Assembly: GCA_951406725.2 (NCBI GenBank)
Contig: OX597815.1
Coordinates: 214,706,001 to 214,770,000 of the forward strand
Reading direction: 5' to 3'
DNA: 64,000 bases
Source: Octopus vulgaris
Lineage: Eukaryota
A program made the translations under genes and the position numbers. The notes beneath the pieces were generated by a model that did no database searches, was not told the origin of the DNA, and saw only the letters and a program-made list of their open reading frames with translations. Of this stretch, positions 23,644-36,251 are shown piece by piece (position 1 is the first letter of the stretch; each line of letters begins with the position of its first letter).

Positions 23644-24670
23644 ACTTAGTGGATCCAATCCCTCCCAAGGTTTGCACACTGCTTTTATCCAGAGAGGATG
23701 TGAGAGAGAATGGGGGTGGGTATCTTCCTTAGTAAATAACTGGTACTTTAATTATTGACTTTAGAAGGATGAAAGACAAAGTTGACTTCAGCAGAATTTG
23801 AACTCAAAACACAGTAAGTTAGAATGAATACCACAAAGCAGCATTCCTTCTGAAGTACTAATGAATCTACTAATTGACCATATACACATGATGAACTTCT
23901 GTACAGTTTTCATCTGTCAAGTTTGACAAAGTGTTGACCAAGATGGGCTTACTTGGATCTAAACAGCAACATCTGTAATATCTTAGAATGGTACACAGCC
24001 ATATAACAAGTTGTTTAGCCATCACTGCCCAAGTCAGACATATTGTAAAAGCCATTTCAGCCATGACAGTCCCATCTTCTTTTATGACCTAGTACATTTA
24101 GGTTTTCCTCTTATTCATCTGAGGGGAAAAGGATTTGACTGCTATTTCTAGCAGATTAAGTAACTACATAGGAGTTCCCCTTGAGAGCTATATAACCAAT
24201 TTGCATTCAGGGAGAGGAAAAGCTATGTCAACCTCCATCAATATTGGAAGTCAGAAAGTAGGACACAACTGTGTATCATTCTAAGTACTGTGTAAGACAC
24301 CATTTCTGCTACTTTGTTTCTTTTCAACTACAGCTGCAATAGTAATAATAATGGTAATGATTTGTAATAGAATCACAAAGTCACGAGTGTTGCGGGTTAG
24401 GATATAGTTGACTCATTAACTGAGCTGGTTTGGGTCTAATATGATCAAAGTAAGTACATTGCACCTTCTAGTTGGCTTTGTAAACAAACACAGGTGTGGC
24501 TATGTGGTAAGAGGCTTGCTTTCTAACCACATGGTTCCAGGTTCAGTCCCATTGCATGGCACATTGAGTGAGCATCTTTTACTACAACCTCAGGCAGACC
24601 AAAGCCTTACGAGTGGATTTGGTAGACAAAAACTGAATGAAGGCCATTATATATGTGTGTGTGTATATAT

Positions 24671-24729
<59 letters not shown>

Positions 24730-25004
24730 TACACTCAAACACATATATGTATATGTACTCATGCTGGCTTCATGTAAAAATCACCTTTCGAGCGTTGGGT
24801 CACACAGAGGCTATGACAAATGGCCAAGACTTTTGGCAATATGCTATGCATGATAAGACCCATCAAGCCAAGTAGTCTTGGCGGATACTGGTGTCATGCA
24901 ACTGACACCCATGCAGGTGGTACGTAATAGCACCTATCACACTCTTGGAGTCATTGGCATTAGGAAGGGCATCCAGTCATAGAAACCATGCCGAAATAGC
25001 CCTA

Positions 25005-25468
25005 TTGAATACTACTGGTCAAATGACCTTGCTTAAATTCCTCATTCTCCTGTGTGCGTTCCTCCCTATTTTGGCCAAAATAACTCTGTTGAACACTACC
25101 GGTCAAATGACCTTGCTTAAATTCCTCATTCTCCTGTGTGCGTTCCTCCCTATTTTGGCCAAAATAACTCTGTTGAACACTACCGGTCAAATGACCTTGC
25201 TTAAATTCCTCATTCTCCTGTGTGCGTTCCTCCCTATTTTGGCCAAAATAACTCTGTTGAACACTACCGGTCAAATGACCTTGCTTAAATTCCTCATTCT
25301 CCTGTGTGCGTTCCTCCCTATTTTGGCCTAAATAACTCTGTTGAACACTACCGGTCAAATGACCTTGCTTAAATTCCTCATTCTCCTGTGTGCGTTCCTC
25401 CCTATTTTGGCCAAAATAACTCTGTTGAACACTACCGGTCAAATGACCTTGCTTAAATTCCTCATTCT
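25005..25468 (+). repeat. 84-bp tandem repeat, 5.5 near-identical copies
   Basis: Unit starts at 25005, 25089, 25173, 25257, 25341 and 25425. It contains the palindrome TATTTTGGCCAAAATA. The + frame reads MTLLKFLILLCAFLPILAKITLLNTTGQ. Confidence 0.97.
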
Positions 25469-26226
25469 TCTCACTCCCTAGTCTTTTTCTTTTTTCCTTC
25501 TTTTAATCCTAATTTCTCTCTCCATTTATATTCTCCACTCCTACTGTGCTCTCTACACATTCTAATTGAATCTTCCATGCTAACATATACCTCATTTAAT
25601 CAAGATATCCTTGGCCTGAAGTGTAGTCTATGGTTTACACCTCGTTCGGATATTTACCACTTCTGAGGTTCCACTCACTATAAAACATATGTAACCCAGA
25701 TCTTATCTACTCTACTTCTTAACTTTTGTATATATATATTTGAACTCTCCATTTTCCTTTTATTATTGCATATTGTGTATATATACCCATTCATATTGGA
25801 GAAATTTTTATACTAAATATTATATATTGGGTATTGAGCAGTTAACCAGTCAAAATTGGATGTTTCCTTGCATATGATATATATATATATATATGTATCT
25901 ATATATAGATATATATATACATATATATATGTTTATGTATGTATATATATCTGTGTGTCTGTATTTGTCCCCCAGATCACCACTTGCTAACTGGTGTTGG
26001 TGTGTTTATATCCCTATAGCTTAGCAGTTCAGCAAAAGAGACTAGTAGAATAAGAACTAGGCTTTTAAAAAAAAGTCCTAGGGTCGAATTGTTCAATTAA
26101 AGCCCTTCAAAGAAGTGCACCAGCATGGCCACAGTCAAATGACTGAAACAAGTAAGCAAAAAACGAAGAAAAGAATATGAACACCTATATGCGAACACAC
26201 AAATGTACATACAGAAATACACATCG

Positions 26227-26372
26227 CTAACCACTAAACCTTTTTCTATTTTCTCTGTTTATTTCTGTGTTCCTTCCTGTCAAAGAGCACAGGCTTGAAA
26301 TGTAAAAGACTTTTCTTACTTCCCGAGCATTACACACCCATCTTCGTCTTGTGTTTTTGTAAATTCTCACCA
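26227..26372 (+). mobile_element. PLE-type terminal repeat with decayed hammerhead (related copies at 20420-20610 minus and 47495-47650)
   Basis: CTGTCAA-A-GAGC-ACAG-GCTT-GAAA-TG-TA here; CTATTGA-A-GAGC-ATAG-GCTT-GAAA-CA-TC at ~47532. Reconstructed consensus CTGAYGA-A-GAGC-N4-GCTC-GAAACGTH. Confidence 0.55.
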
Positions 26373-26975
26373 TATACATAGACACATGGATAGGTGCACA
26401 ATATAAAGTGATATGAGAGATGAGATAAGAGAGGGAAAGAGAAATGAAACAGCAGAAAGACTCTGCATAAATATGGGCAGATTGAATTTTTGTGGCTGAA
26501 TGCAGAGACAGATGACCAGAAGTAGAGCAAAAACCCCAAAATCTGAACAGAAACCAACATTTGAATAGAACTATAAATAAGATACACACTAACACACACA
26601 CACAACACATACACACATGCACACATCCTCTTTTATTCATAAACATGTACATTCCTACATAGGCACACCCATACCGGGCAAATAAGTCCTACAACGAAGT
26701 AATCTGGAGCATTTGCAAACATTTTCAATGAAGAGAATCAACTGGAGAAGACCTGCTTTCTGCTTTGTGCAATATAATTGGCAACTGGAGATGTTGGAAT
26801 GAGATTCAGACGGGAGGTGGTGACGAAGTTTATTGAAATAAAAGAATAATGGAAAGGAGTGGTTGTGAGTTTATACGTTAACAAGGTGTTACTTAGCAAA
26901 ATATTTCAAGGTGAAAGGGCAATCTTTCAATTTAATGTAAGATTGTTTTTATTATAACATAAAACCTAGCATTTG

Positions 26976-27011
<36 letters not shown>

Positions 27012-27247
27012 TCACACATATATAATGTTATAATAAAAACCAAAAATCTTTTGAGCAGATTCTGCTCGAAAAACAACTAACAAATCGTCTTGTTCTCAGC
27101 TTGTAAAATGGCAAAATAAATCATTACTTTGACCAGGAAACCCTGGGTAGCTGCTTTTTAACAAAACTTGTGATTTTTATTATAAAGTTATCTTTGCTCT
27201 CTTAGCTGATTAAGTGCTATTCTATTTGTTGTGCCTTACCACATAAT

Positions 27248-27294
<47 letters not shown>

Positions 27295-27751
27295 CACCTT
27301 TCAGAGACTTTAGGCAGAAGGCTGGAAATTTCGTGGAGAGGAGTCTGTCAACTACTTTGCCCTAGTGCTCACATAGTATTTATTTCACAAACCATAAAAT
27401 AATAAAAGGCAAAATCGAGCTTGGTTAAATTTGAAATCAGAACATGAAGCTGGAAGATATGCCACTAAGCATTTTCTCCAGTGCGCTAAGACGTCTGCCA
27501 CACACATGTCTCTCTCTCTCCCTCTCTACCTCTCCCTCCCTCTCTCTCTCTTTCTCCCTCTCTCTCACACACACATTTCTATCTGAAATCCCAGGTGAGC
27601 CACATCACAACAGGAGGCACAAGGAAGAGCAGCTTCGTCCAACTTGCTTCCTCTCCAAAAACAGTTCTGAAAGGAGACCCCAAAACACTGAAAGGCAGTG
27701 CTCCAGCATGCCTCCCCCCCACCCTCTGACTGAAACCAGTAAAAGAATAAG

Positions 27752-27800
<49 letters not shown>

Positions 27801-27959
27801 CATATGTACACACATACATTTACACAAGAAAATGTAATCAGTGTAGAAGTGGGGTGCAATTATTTATTGTAGTTTTTCAGATCACACATTTGTGCTACTC
27901 TGAGTTTCAATAGTATCCTTGCAGACCACACACATGCAGATACACTTACATATATATAT

Positions 27960-28076
27960 ATTTAGCTTTACAGCATTTCTTCAGACTCTAAAACCCATAG
28001 GCTAATGGGTTTTAGGCTCTGAAGGAATGTTGTAAAGCTAAATGCTTTACGAACATGAAACTCAGGGTAACCCCAT
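27960..28076 (+). ncRNA. degenerate hammerhead preceded by its own inverted partial copy
   Basis: CTGAAGG-A-ATGTTGTAAAGC..GCTTTAC(G)AACAT-GAAAC-TC at 28019-28063; 27960-28042 forms a hairpin. Confidence 0.55.
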
Positions 28077-28222
28077 AGACCAGCCATATCTATCTTTACC
28101 TATATACTCTACTGCTCTATAATTTAGAGTGCACCTCTATTTTGGATTTATGATTTACTGAATACATATATATATATATATAGTTGAAATAAGATTAGAG
28201 ATGTGTACAAATCAAATTTTTA

Positions 28223-28559
28223 TATATAAAAAATGAAGGTGGAAATAGCACAGAAGTAAATCTAAGACGTTTCAGTTTAGAAAGAATTTAATAAAATGAT
28301 TTTAAATTTATATAAAGAAAATATTACCAGTTTCGATGAGGAATCTCATCTTATCAAATGTTTTTGATCCCCAGACAGAAGATAAACTGTTTTCACTTCA
28401 AATTTTTATAAAATTTTACTAATATTTGATAAGATGAAATTCATCATTGAAAACGGTAATATTTTCTTTATATAATTTTAAAATCCTTTTATTAAATTCT
28501 TTCTAAATTGAAATGTCTTAGACTTACTGCTGTGTTATTTCCACCTCCATTTTTTTATA
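28223..28559. repeat. ~135-bp inverted repeat, each arm carrying a hammerhead-like motif
   Basis: Arms ~28223-28360 and ~28422-28559. The left arm on the minus strand reads CAT-TTGATAA-GATGAG-ATTC-CTCATC-GAAA-CTGG-TA-ATAT. Confidence 0.85.
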
Positions 28560-29282
28560 CATACATACATATATATAAAAGCTCTTATTCGCCAGTCTAA
28601 TGGTGCCAACTGGCAATACCAGATTTTTGGGGTTGCACTGAGCTATGCCGATATATTGTAGAACAAATGTAGTAATAACAATGATAATCCTTGGATGAAC
28701 TTTTAAGATATTTATGAATTCCAGCCAATGATTATTATTGTTATTACTACATATATATGTGTGTGTGTGTACAAAATATTATATACAGAGAGAGAGAGAG
28801 AGAGTGGGAGAGTGTGTGTGAGTGTATGTATCTGAGAGTGTATATGAGAGAGAGAGAGAGAGAGTGTGTATGTGTGTATATGTGTGTGAGAGAGAGAGTG
28901 AGTGTATGTTATGTGTGTTGTGTGTGTGAGTGTTTCTGCACACACGCTTATATTGGAAACAAGTAAAGACATAAGAAGCACATCAAGTAATTGAAAGACA
29001 TTTGCATTTAGCCATTTCTCAAACCAAATTCTATAGAAACTGATTGAGATATTTTACAGAGAACTTTACTGAGAAACAGAAAATGGTTTTTAGAAGCCGA
29101 TGATTTATTGGAGAAAAAAGATTTTCAGTTTTATTTTTTGTCCCCTAAAACTGGTTCTCTGCCAAAGATAGATATAGACAGATTGAAAAGAATTAAATTC
29201 AAAGATTTTTAATTTAAATAATGTTAGACCTTTTAAGCACAGATTAATAGCATTCATTGTAAAGGGATTGTATTGTGTCACT

Positions 29283-29580
29283 GTGAAGGCAGATGGCTCA
29301 GTGGTTAGGGTATTCAGCTCACAGTCATAGGGTCATGAGTTTGACCCCCAGGAGTACATTGTATCCATGAACAAGACGCTTTATTTCACATTGCTCCAAT
29401 TAACTAAACTGGTGAAAATGAGTTGTACCTCTATTCCAAGGTGCTAGTTTTGTCCCTTTCTGTGTCACACTGAATCTCCTTGAGAACTATGTTAAGGGTA
29501 CACGTGTCTGTGGAGTGCTCAGCCACTTGCACATTAATTCAACAAGCAGCTGTTCCATTCATCAGATCAACTGATCTTCG
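29283..29580 (+). mobile_element. SINE family B variant
   Basis: TGGCTCAGTGGTTAGGG head; 3' part GAGAACTATGTTAAGGGTACACGTGTCTGTGGAG as in 53685-54010. Confidence 0.75.
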
Positions 29581-29789
29581 TAATTCTATTCATCAGATCT
29601 TCATAATTAAGAGGGTGAGTTTCACAGTCTGCTCTGTGTTGATTCTGTTAAGCAAATCAGTGGTGTTCTATCAGTTGAGATGCCTCGATTCTTTATGAAT
29701 CTTATAAAACCAAAAGTATGCAGAGAGTATTATTAGAACAGGAATACAGAGAGTCTTTAACTTCAAAGTTTTGTCAGCCAGCTGTTACC

Positions 29790-30005
29790 TTTTATCTTTG
29801 ACTTGTTTCAGTCATTAGACTGTGGCCATGCTCCAGCATGGCCACAGTCTAGAACTTTAGTCAAACAAATCAATCCCAGTACTTATTTGTTTAAACCTGG
29901 TACACTTATTCTATCGTTCTCTTTTGCCAAACCACAAAGTTATGGGGACATAAAGACACCAACATTGGTTGCCAAGTGGTGGTGGTGGTTGATAAGACAC
30001 ATGTG

Positions 30006-30040
<35 letters not shown>

Positions 30041-30222
30041 CACATGCACATCACATGCTTCTTTCAGTTTCCGTCTACCAAATCCTCTCACACAGCTTTA
30101 GTCAGCCTGAGGTTATAGCAGAAGACACTTGCCCAAGGTACCATGCAGTGGAACTGAAACTGGAATGATATGGTTATATGGTTGGGAAGGAAACTTATTA
30201 CCACTCAGCTATGTCTGTGCCT
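29790..30222 (-). mobile_element. SINE family A
   Basis: Reverse-complement match along its full length. Confidence 0.8.
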
Positions 30223-30999
30223 TTGTTCAGAAAAATGTGTAACTGACAATCGTCAATAAATATACAATAGTTTTTGTCCATGTTTAGATTCAGCCAAACA
30301 TCTATATTAATGTATGCGTATTTGTGAATCAACGCACACTTGGATAATTGTGTCTTGTTTGAGGGTGGGGTGTTGATATAAAGAATGTTTGAAATACTTC
30401 AGTTGACCCTTCACTGATGGGTCTTCAGGATGTGAATCAGTCTTTTTCTGTTTTTTTCCTTCAAAATAACCCAGCCTTTCTGAGTAACTATGTAAATATT
30501 TTCTTACATAGCCTTTCACTATTGACTTAGATATCAATGAGATCCTATAATCACCAGGTTCTCTATTAGCTTGCTGTATATATATCATTTTGCTCTCAGC
30601 AGCAATCAACAAGATAGCCACATCTGCTGGACATCTGATCTCCAAAACACAGTCCATCGTATTTGCTTTTGGTCCCTTAGAATCTTCACTCTTTGTTGTC
30701 TTTGCACCAAGTGAATGTTTTTATTAAACTGTTCCACCAATGTTTATTTTTATTGTTTTAAATGTGTCTATTGTACTTTTGGACTTACGTCAATGATATC
30801 CTTCCATTATACGTAGGCTTTGCTGCCTGCAACATCATACATCATATGGCAATAATACTCTGTTGGTGAACCAATGAAAGAGCTTCTCCATGGTAGCTCA
30901 ACCTGGTAGAAATAGCAGCCAAATCTGTCTAAAATCACACCGTACCATCTTATAAATAAAAGAATGCATTGATATACTATGTTTGGTAAAAAAAATTAG

Positions 31000-31395
31000 G
31001 TGCAGGAGTGGCTGTGCTAACCAACCACATGGTTCCGGGTTCAGTCCCACTGCATGGCACCTTGGGCAAGTGTCTTCTACTATAGCCTTGGGTCGATCAA
31101 AGCCTTGTGAGTGGATTTGGTAGACAGAAAATGAAATAATCCCATTGTATATATGTATATATATGTGTGAGTGTTTGTGTGTCTGTGTTTGTCCCCCCAA
31201 CATCACTTGACAACCAATGCTGGCATGTTTACATCCCCGTAACTTAGCGGTTTGGCAATAGAGACCAATAGAATAAGTACTAGGGTTACTAGGGTTACAA
31301 AGAAGAAGTCCTGGAGTCGAGTTGCTCAACTAAAGGCAGTGCTCCAGCAAGGCTGCGGTCAAATGACTGTAACAAGTATAAGAGTAAAAGAGTAA
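31000..31395 (+). mobile_element. SINE family A
   Basis: Colinear with the consensus. Confidence 0.85.
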
Positions 31396-32509
31396 AATAG
31401 ATGAGGTTGGATGGTTCCAGCTGGAACACCTTTTATTTTAGGTTTATTTGATTTAGTTTTGACTTCAGGATGAACCATGCATTCGTTATATTTAGGGCAG
31501 CTGCTGCTAATGATATTTATCATCGAATCCATCAAAATTTGGTGGCTGTCTCGTGTATTGAAAAGTTGTTTTTATTCATTCATTTAATATATTGACAGTA
31601 CTTTTATACTCAACATAATTCATATTACAAATGTCCATTTAAACCAGTGAGGAGTATGGTTTTTAAGAAATTGAAATAAGTGAAGATAGCTGGATACAAT
31701 TGAGTGCTCTTGTCTCCTGGAAACACCAGACCTAAATGATATTTCACTATTACATCACAAATGTTGTTTACATCAGTATCAAAGTCGAATGAAACACTTG
31801 TTTTGAGAATGTTATTCTACATCAGGATAGGTGCATAAGGATATATTTACAAGCAAAAATGCTGGTTCTAAAATCTCTCTAAGAGATCAAGGCTGTAGTT
31901 GTACTGACAAGTAATATTCAAAACCACTTTCACATGGCTGTCCGTTTGAGTAGACTCTGCTGTGATTTTTTAACCCCAAGAGGACATCTCCTCATTTTAG
32001 ACTATATTACCATCTTCCTTGAAAAAATATGCAATATGGTATATTAATGCTGGTTAGCAAAGGTACACTTTAGGTAACTAAGCAGAATTTAACTGAGACC
32101 TCAAAGCAGTGGAACAAATGGCACAAGGCATTCAGTCTATAATTCTTACAGTTCTGCCATTCCATTGACCTAGATTGATCCCTTTTTTTTATCAACCCAA
32201 AACAGATACACCCATCCATCTTTACCTGGTAGTGTCATGGGGGTAGAGTCCTCAGGTACCTTCTCGTAGAGTCGTATAAGAAATAATCGTCATCAGTTTT
32301 TCTGGCTGGATTACCAAGTGTGTCTACTGAGACTGTGAATCCTTGTTCTTGATCTCCCACCAATTAGCTTTGCTTGAATAATCAGTTTTCTGATTCTTTC
32401 CATTCTAATCACATATCCATAGTACTAGATATATAACTTCTCAATTCAAAGAAGAAGTAGATTGATCTGCAGAGACTTCCTTATCTCTGAGCTATGTACC
32501 CTGTTGAGT

Positions 32510-32970
32510 AAGGTGTGGCTTCTGTCCTGGATGCAGCACAACTGACCAGAAATTCACACTATGGTATGTTTTCAAGAAATCATAGGAATATTTCCAAGAG
32601 GTGTGTGCTTGTTTTGTAGACCCCATAAAGGCATATGAGCATGTGCTGCAAGACATGCTGTGGGGGGTTTTGCAGAAGTTTGGGATTAATGGGCAACTGT
32701 TGGTTGCCATGAAGTCCCTATATGAATGCCCAAATATTTGAGTTTGGGTAAATGGTACTGAGTCGAAACCCTTCAATGTGAGAAGTGGACTTCAGTATTG
32801 TAACCTCTCCTTATCATAATTTTTATCAACTAGAATGATATGAACTGTTGTTGTGGAAGTGGTATCACAATCAGTGGGTGCAGGATTAGTCAGCTAATAT
32901 TTGCAGATGATATGGGGCTACGTGGCTCATCTGAAAATGATCTCCTGTCTGCACTGAATGGATTCACTGC
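32510..32970 (+). mobile_element. decayed non-LTR reverse transcriptase fragment (RTE/Expander-like)
   Basis: GFCPGCSTTDQKFTL..FVDPIKAYEHV..LWGVLQKFGI..SLY..VNGTESKPFNVRSGL..ISQLIFADDM, with stops. Confidence 0.85.
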
Positions 32971-33117
32971 CCAAAATGGTGAAAGGCAAAAATGAACTCA
33001 TTGAGATTTGATCTTTAGAGTCTAAGTGTGACTGTATGTTTAAGAAGTTTGTTTATTAATTTCCAGTTTCCCATGTAAAACAATGTTTGCCCATGAGGAA
33101 ATATTAACTGGCTTGGA

Positions 33118-34164
33118 AGTAATGCAATGGAAAGTGCAAGGAATATTCATGCAATATATGGGGATCAGACAATAAGTGTAAGCCAATATCAACGGTGGTT
33201 CCAGAAATTCCAAGCAGGAAACTATAGCCTAGAAGGCAAGCCTCATCCTGGAAGATCTGTAGAGCTCGACGAAGATGTCCTACAAACCCTGGTCGAATAA
33301 AATTCCATCATAACTGTTGAGGAACTAGGAGAAAAGCTTGGATTTGGTCATTCAATCATTCATTGACACCTGTGTACAATCAGAATAGTCAACAAATTGA
33401 GTCAATGTGTTCCTCGCAAACTCTCCAAGTCTAATCACATGCAGAGAGTGAATGTGTGCTCTTCTTTGCTGTCACGTCTCATGAATGAACCTCTTTTGAA
33501 CCGAATAGACACTGGTGACGAGAAATGGGTTCTCTATAAAAATGTCGAGTACTGAAGACAGTGGGTAGGGAAAGGAGAAACACTGGCACCCCAGGCTAAA
33601 GGCGTTCATCACCCACATATGGTATTGCTATCTGTTTGGTGGGATATGAAAGGTTTAGTCCACTTTGAACGTTTTAAACCCAAACCAAACGATAACAAAG
33701 GAGATCTAACTGCAAGCAGCCTGAGTGGCTTAAGCCAGTGCTAGAAGAAAAACGGCCATCTTTGGTTTCAAGATGAAAGGTGTTCTTCCATTAGGATAAT
33801 GCTCAGCTGTGTACATCGAGGATGACATTCCTAAGGCTGGAGCAGTTTGAATAGGAAATGATGCCCCACCCACCATATTTGCTGGTCATTGCCCCATCTG
33901 ATAATCATTTATTCTGCAGTCTTCAAAATCATTTGGACGGAAAATATATGAATTCTGTAGACGAGGTCAGAACAGTACTGGAGGAGTATCTTGCATCACA
34001 GACAAGTGAATTTTGGAAGAGGGACTTTGCAAGTCTACCAGAGAGATAGAAGAGCATTGTAGAAAATGAAGGAGAATATATTTTAGATTAGAAAAGAACT
34101 TTATCTTAACTTTGAAAAATAAAAGAAGTATAAAAAACCGCATTATTTATGGGATGACCCAATA
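33118..34164 (+). mobile_element. mariner transposon relic (DD34D-type transposase pseudogene, 5' truncated)
   Basis: RWFQKFQAG..HPGR..CVPRKL..RIDTGDEKWVLY..VWWDMKG..H*DNA..PHPPY...APSDNHLF..YILD*, with several stops and frameshifts. The 3' TIR CGCATTATTTATGGGATGACCCAATA is followed by TA. Confidence 0.93.
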
Positions 34165-34215
34165 TATATATATATATATACAACAAAATTAGAGAATGGA
34201 GAAACATACTTAAAT

Positions 34216-34253
<38 letters not shown>

Positions 34254-34254
34254 G

Positions 34255-34695
34255 TTGAGACGCAATGACCCACTGGTTAGGGCAGTGGGCTCGCGGTTTC
34301 GATTCCTAGACCGGGCATTGTGAGTATTTATTGAGCGAAAGCACCTAAAGCTCCACGAGGCTCCAGCAGGGGGTGGTGGTGAACCCTGCTGTACTCTTTC
34401 AACACAACTTTCTCTTGCTCTTTCTTCCTGTTTCTCTGTGTCACGCTGAATCTCCCCGAGAACTACGTTAAGGGTACACATAACTGTGGAGTCCTCAGCC
34501 ACTTGCACATTAATAAATGAGCTGCAACATTACTGGTGCCTTTTCGTCTCCCTTTGATAACATCGGTGGCATGGAGAGGGGAGGCTGGTATGCGTGGGTG
34601 ACTGCTGGTCTTCCATAAACAACTTTGCCTAGACTTGTACCTTGGAGGGTAACTTTCTAGATGCAATCCCATGGTCATTCATGACCAAAGGGGGT
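34255..34695 (+). mobile_element. composite of tRNA-derived SINE (family B-related) segments
   Basis: GGTTTCGATTCCT B-box, plus both family B 3' variants joined. Confidence 0.65.
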
Positions 34696-36251
34696 CACAA
34701 CAATATATATACATTCATGACAGGCTTTTTCCATGTGTGTGTGCATGTATGTATGTGCGTGCATGTGTACATGTGTATGTCTTGGTTTGTGTTTTTATTC
34801 GTCCCTTACCACCAGGGTTTCTTTCTTTATGTCCCCATAACTTTGGGGTTTGGCAAAAGTGAATGATAAAACAAGTACCAGGTTTGAGTAAGTTCGTATG
34901 TGTGTGTATGTTTCCATGTGCCTTTGCATATCCTTGTCATATATCATAGTCATTGGCTCTTATCAGTCTGGTGGTGTTAGGGAGGTAGGGGCAAGCGTGA
35001 GAGCATGGGTGGGAGCAGGGGAGAGCTTGGAGGAAACTATATATATATATATATGTGTGTATGTATATTTATGTCTGTGTTTGTACCCCCATCACTGTGG
35101 GACAGGTGTTGATGTGTTTACATCCCTCTAACTTAACAGCAAAAGAGACCAATAGAATAAGTACCGGGGTCAATTTGTTTGACTTTGACCCTTCAAGGTA
35201 GTGCTCCAGTATGGCTGCAATCAAATGACTGAAACAAGTAAAAGAATAAAAGAATACATACACACATACAGTCACACACACATGCCTGTATATATACACA
35301 TGTATATACCCACACACACATATATAGATAAGTGTGTGTGTATGTATGTGTGTGTGAGTAAATCAACCCCAGAGCTTATTCTTTGTAAGCCTAGTACTTA
35401 TTCTATCAGTCTCTTTTGCCAAACCGCTAAGTTATGGGGACGCAAACACACCAGCATCGGTTGTCAAGCGATGCTGGGAGACAAACGCAGACACACAAAT
35501 ACAAACTTTTACGTGAGTGTTTATATAAAATTTCTTTAACTTTATTTAATTCCTCATAAATTACTTTCATTATTAATTTCAATGGCTTTTAACAACAACC
35601 AGCTGTCAACTGTTTAAAATATTTATTTTACCACTCTGAAAATTTGGAGTGAAGAACCACATCAATTGGTGTTGTTGTTGTTATCATCATCATCATCATC
35701 ATCATCATCATTCTGTGTTTACTATAATTTTGCAAGAAATTAGAGAATCTTACTGGTGAGAGCAGTTTTATTACAGAACTGTTCTAATTTCAAAAACTCC
35801 TTACTCATCATGTTTTTTGTTTAAGTAGCAGTGTGTGTTGGAAATATTTATTTCATGGCTGTGTGGTACCAAGCTTGGTAAACTCATTTTGCTACTACTT
35901 GGTTTTGGGTTCAGTCCCACTGTGTTGCACATGTGGCTTGTATGTTCTTCAACTTTGGGTTGACCAATATCCTGAGGGAATTTAGTGGATGAGAATGGAG
36001 TGCAAACCCATCATGTGTATGTGTTTCCTGTGTCAGTGTTCTCTCCTCGCCATTTAACAACCAGTGTTGGTTTGTTTCTGTTTATGTAACTTAGCAGTTT
36101 GGTAAAAGAGACTGTCTTGTAAATGAATTTGTTAGATGCAGAGTGTGAAAGCCCATCATGTGTGTGTGTGTGTGTGCATGTTTGTTCCAGTATTGGTTTG
36201 TTTATGTTCCCATAACTCAGCAGTTTGGAAAAATAGACCATAGAATAACTG

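Noticed and set aside
25002-25442. 146-aa minus-strand repeat protein
   Set aside because: An open frame is expected from any stop-free 84-bp unit, and there is no splice or start context. Retained only as part of the repeat finding.
33858-34049. SETMAR-like domesticated gene
   Set aside because: The transposase frame has multiple stops and frameshifts, retains a TIR and has no SET domain; it is a dead mariner.
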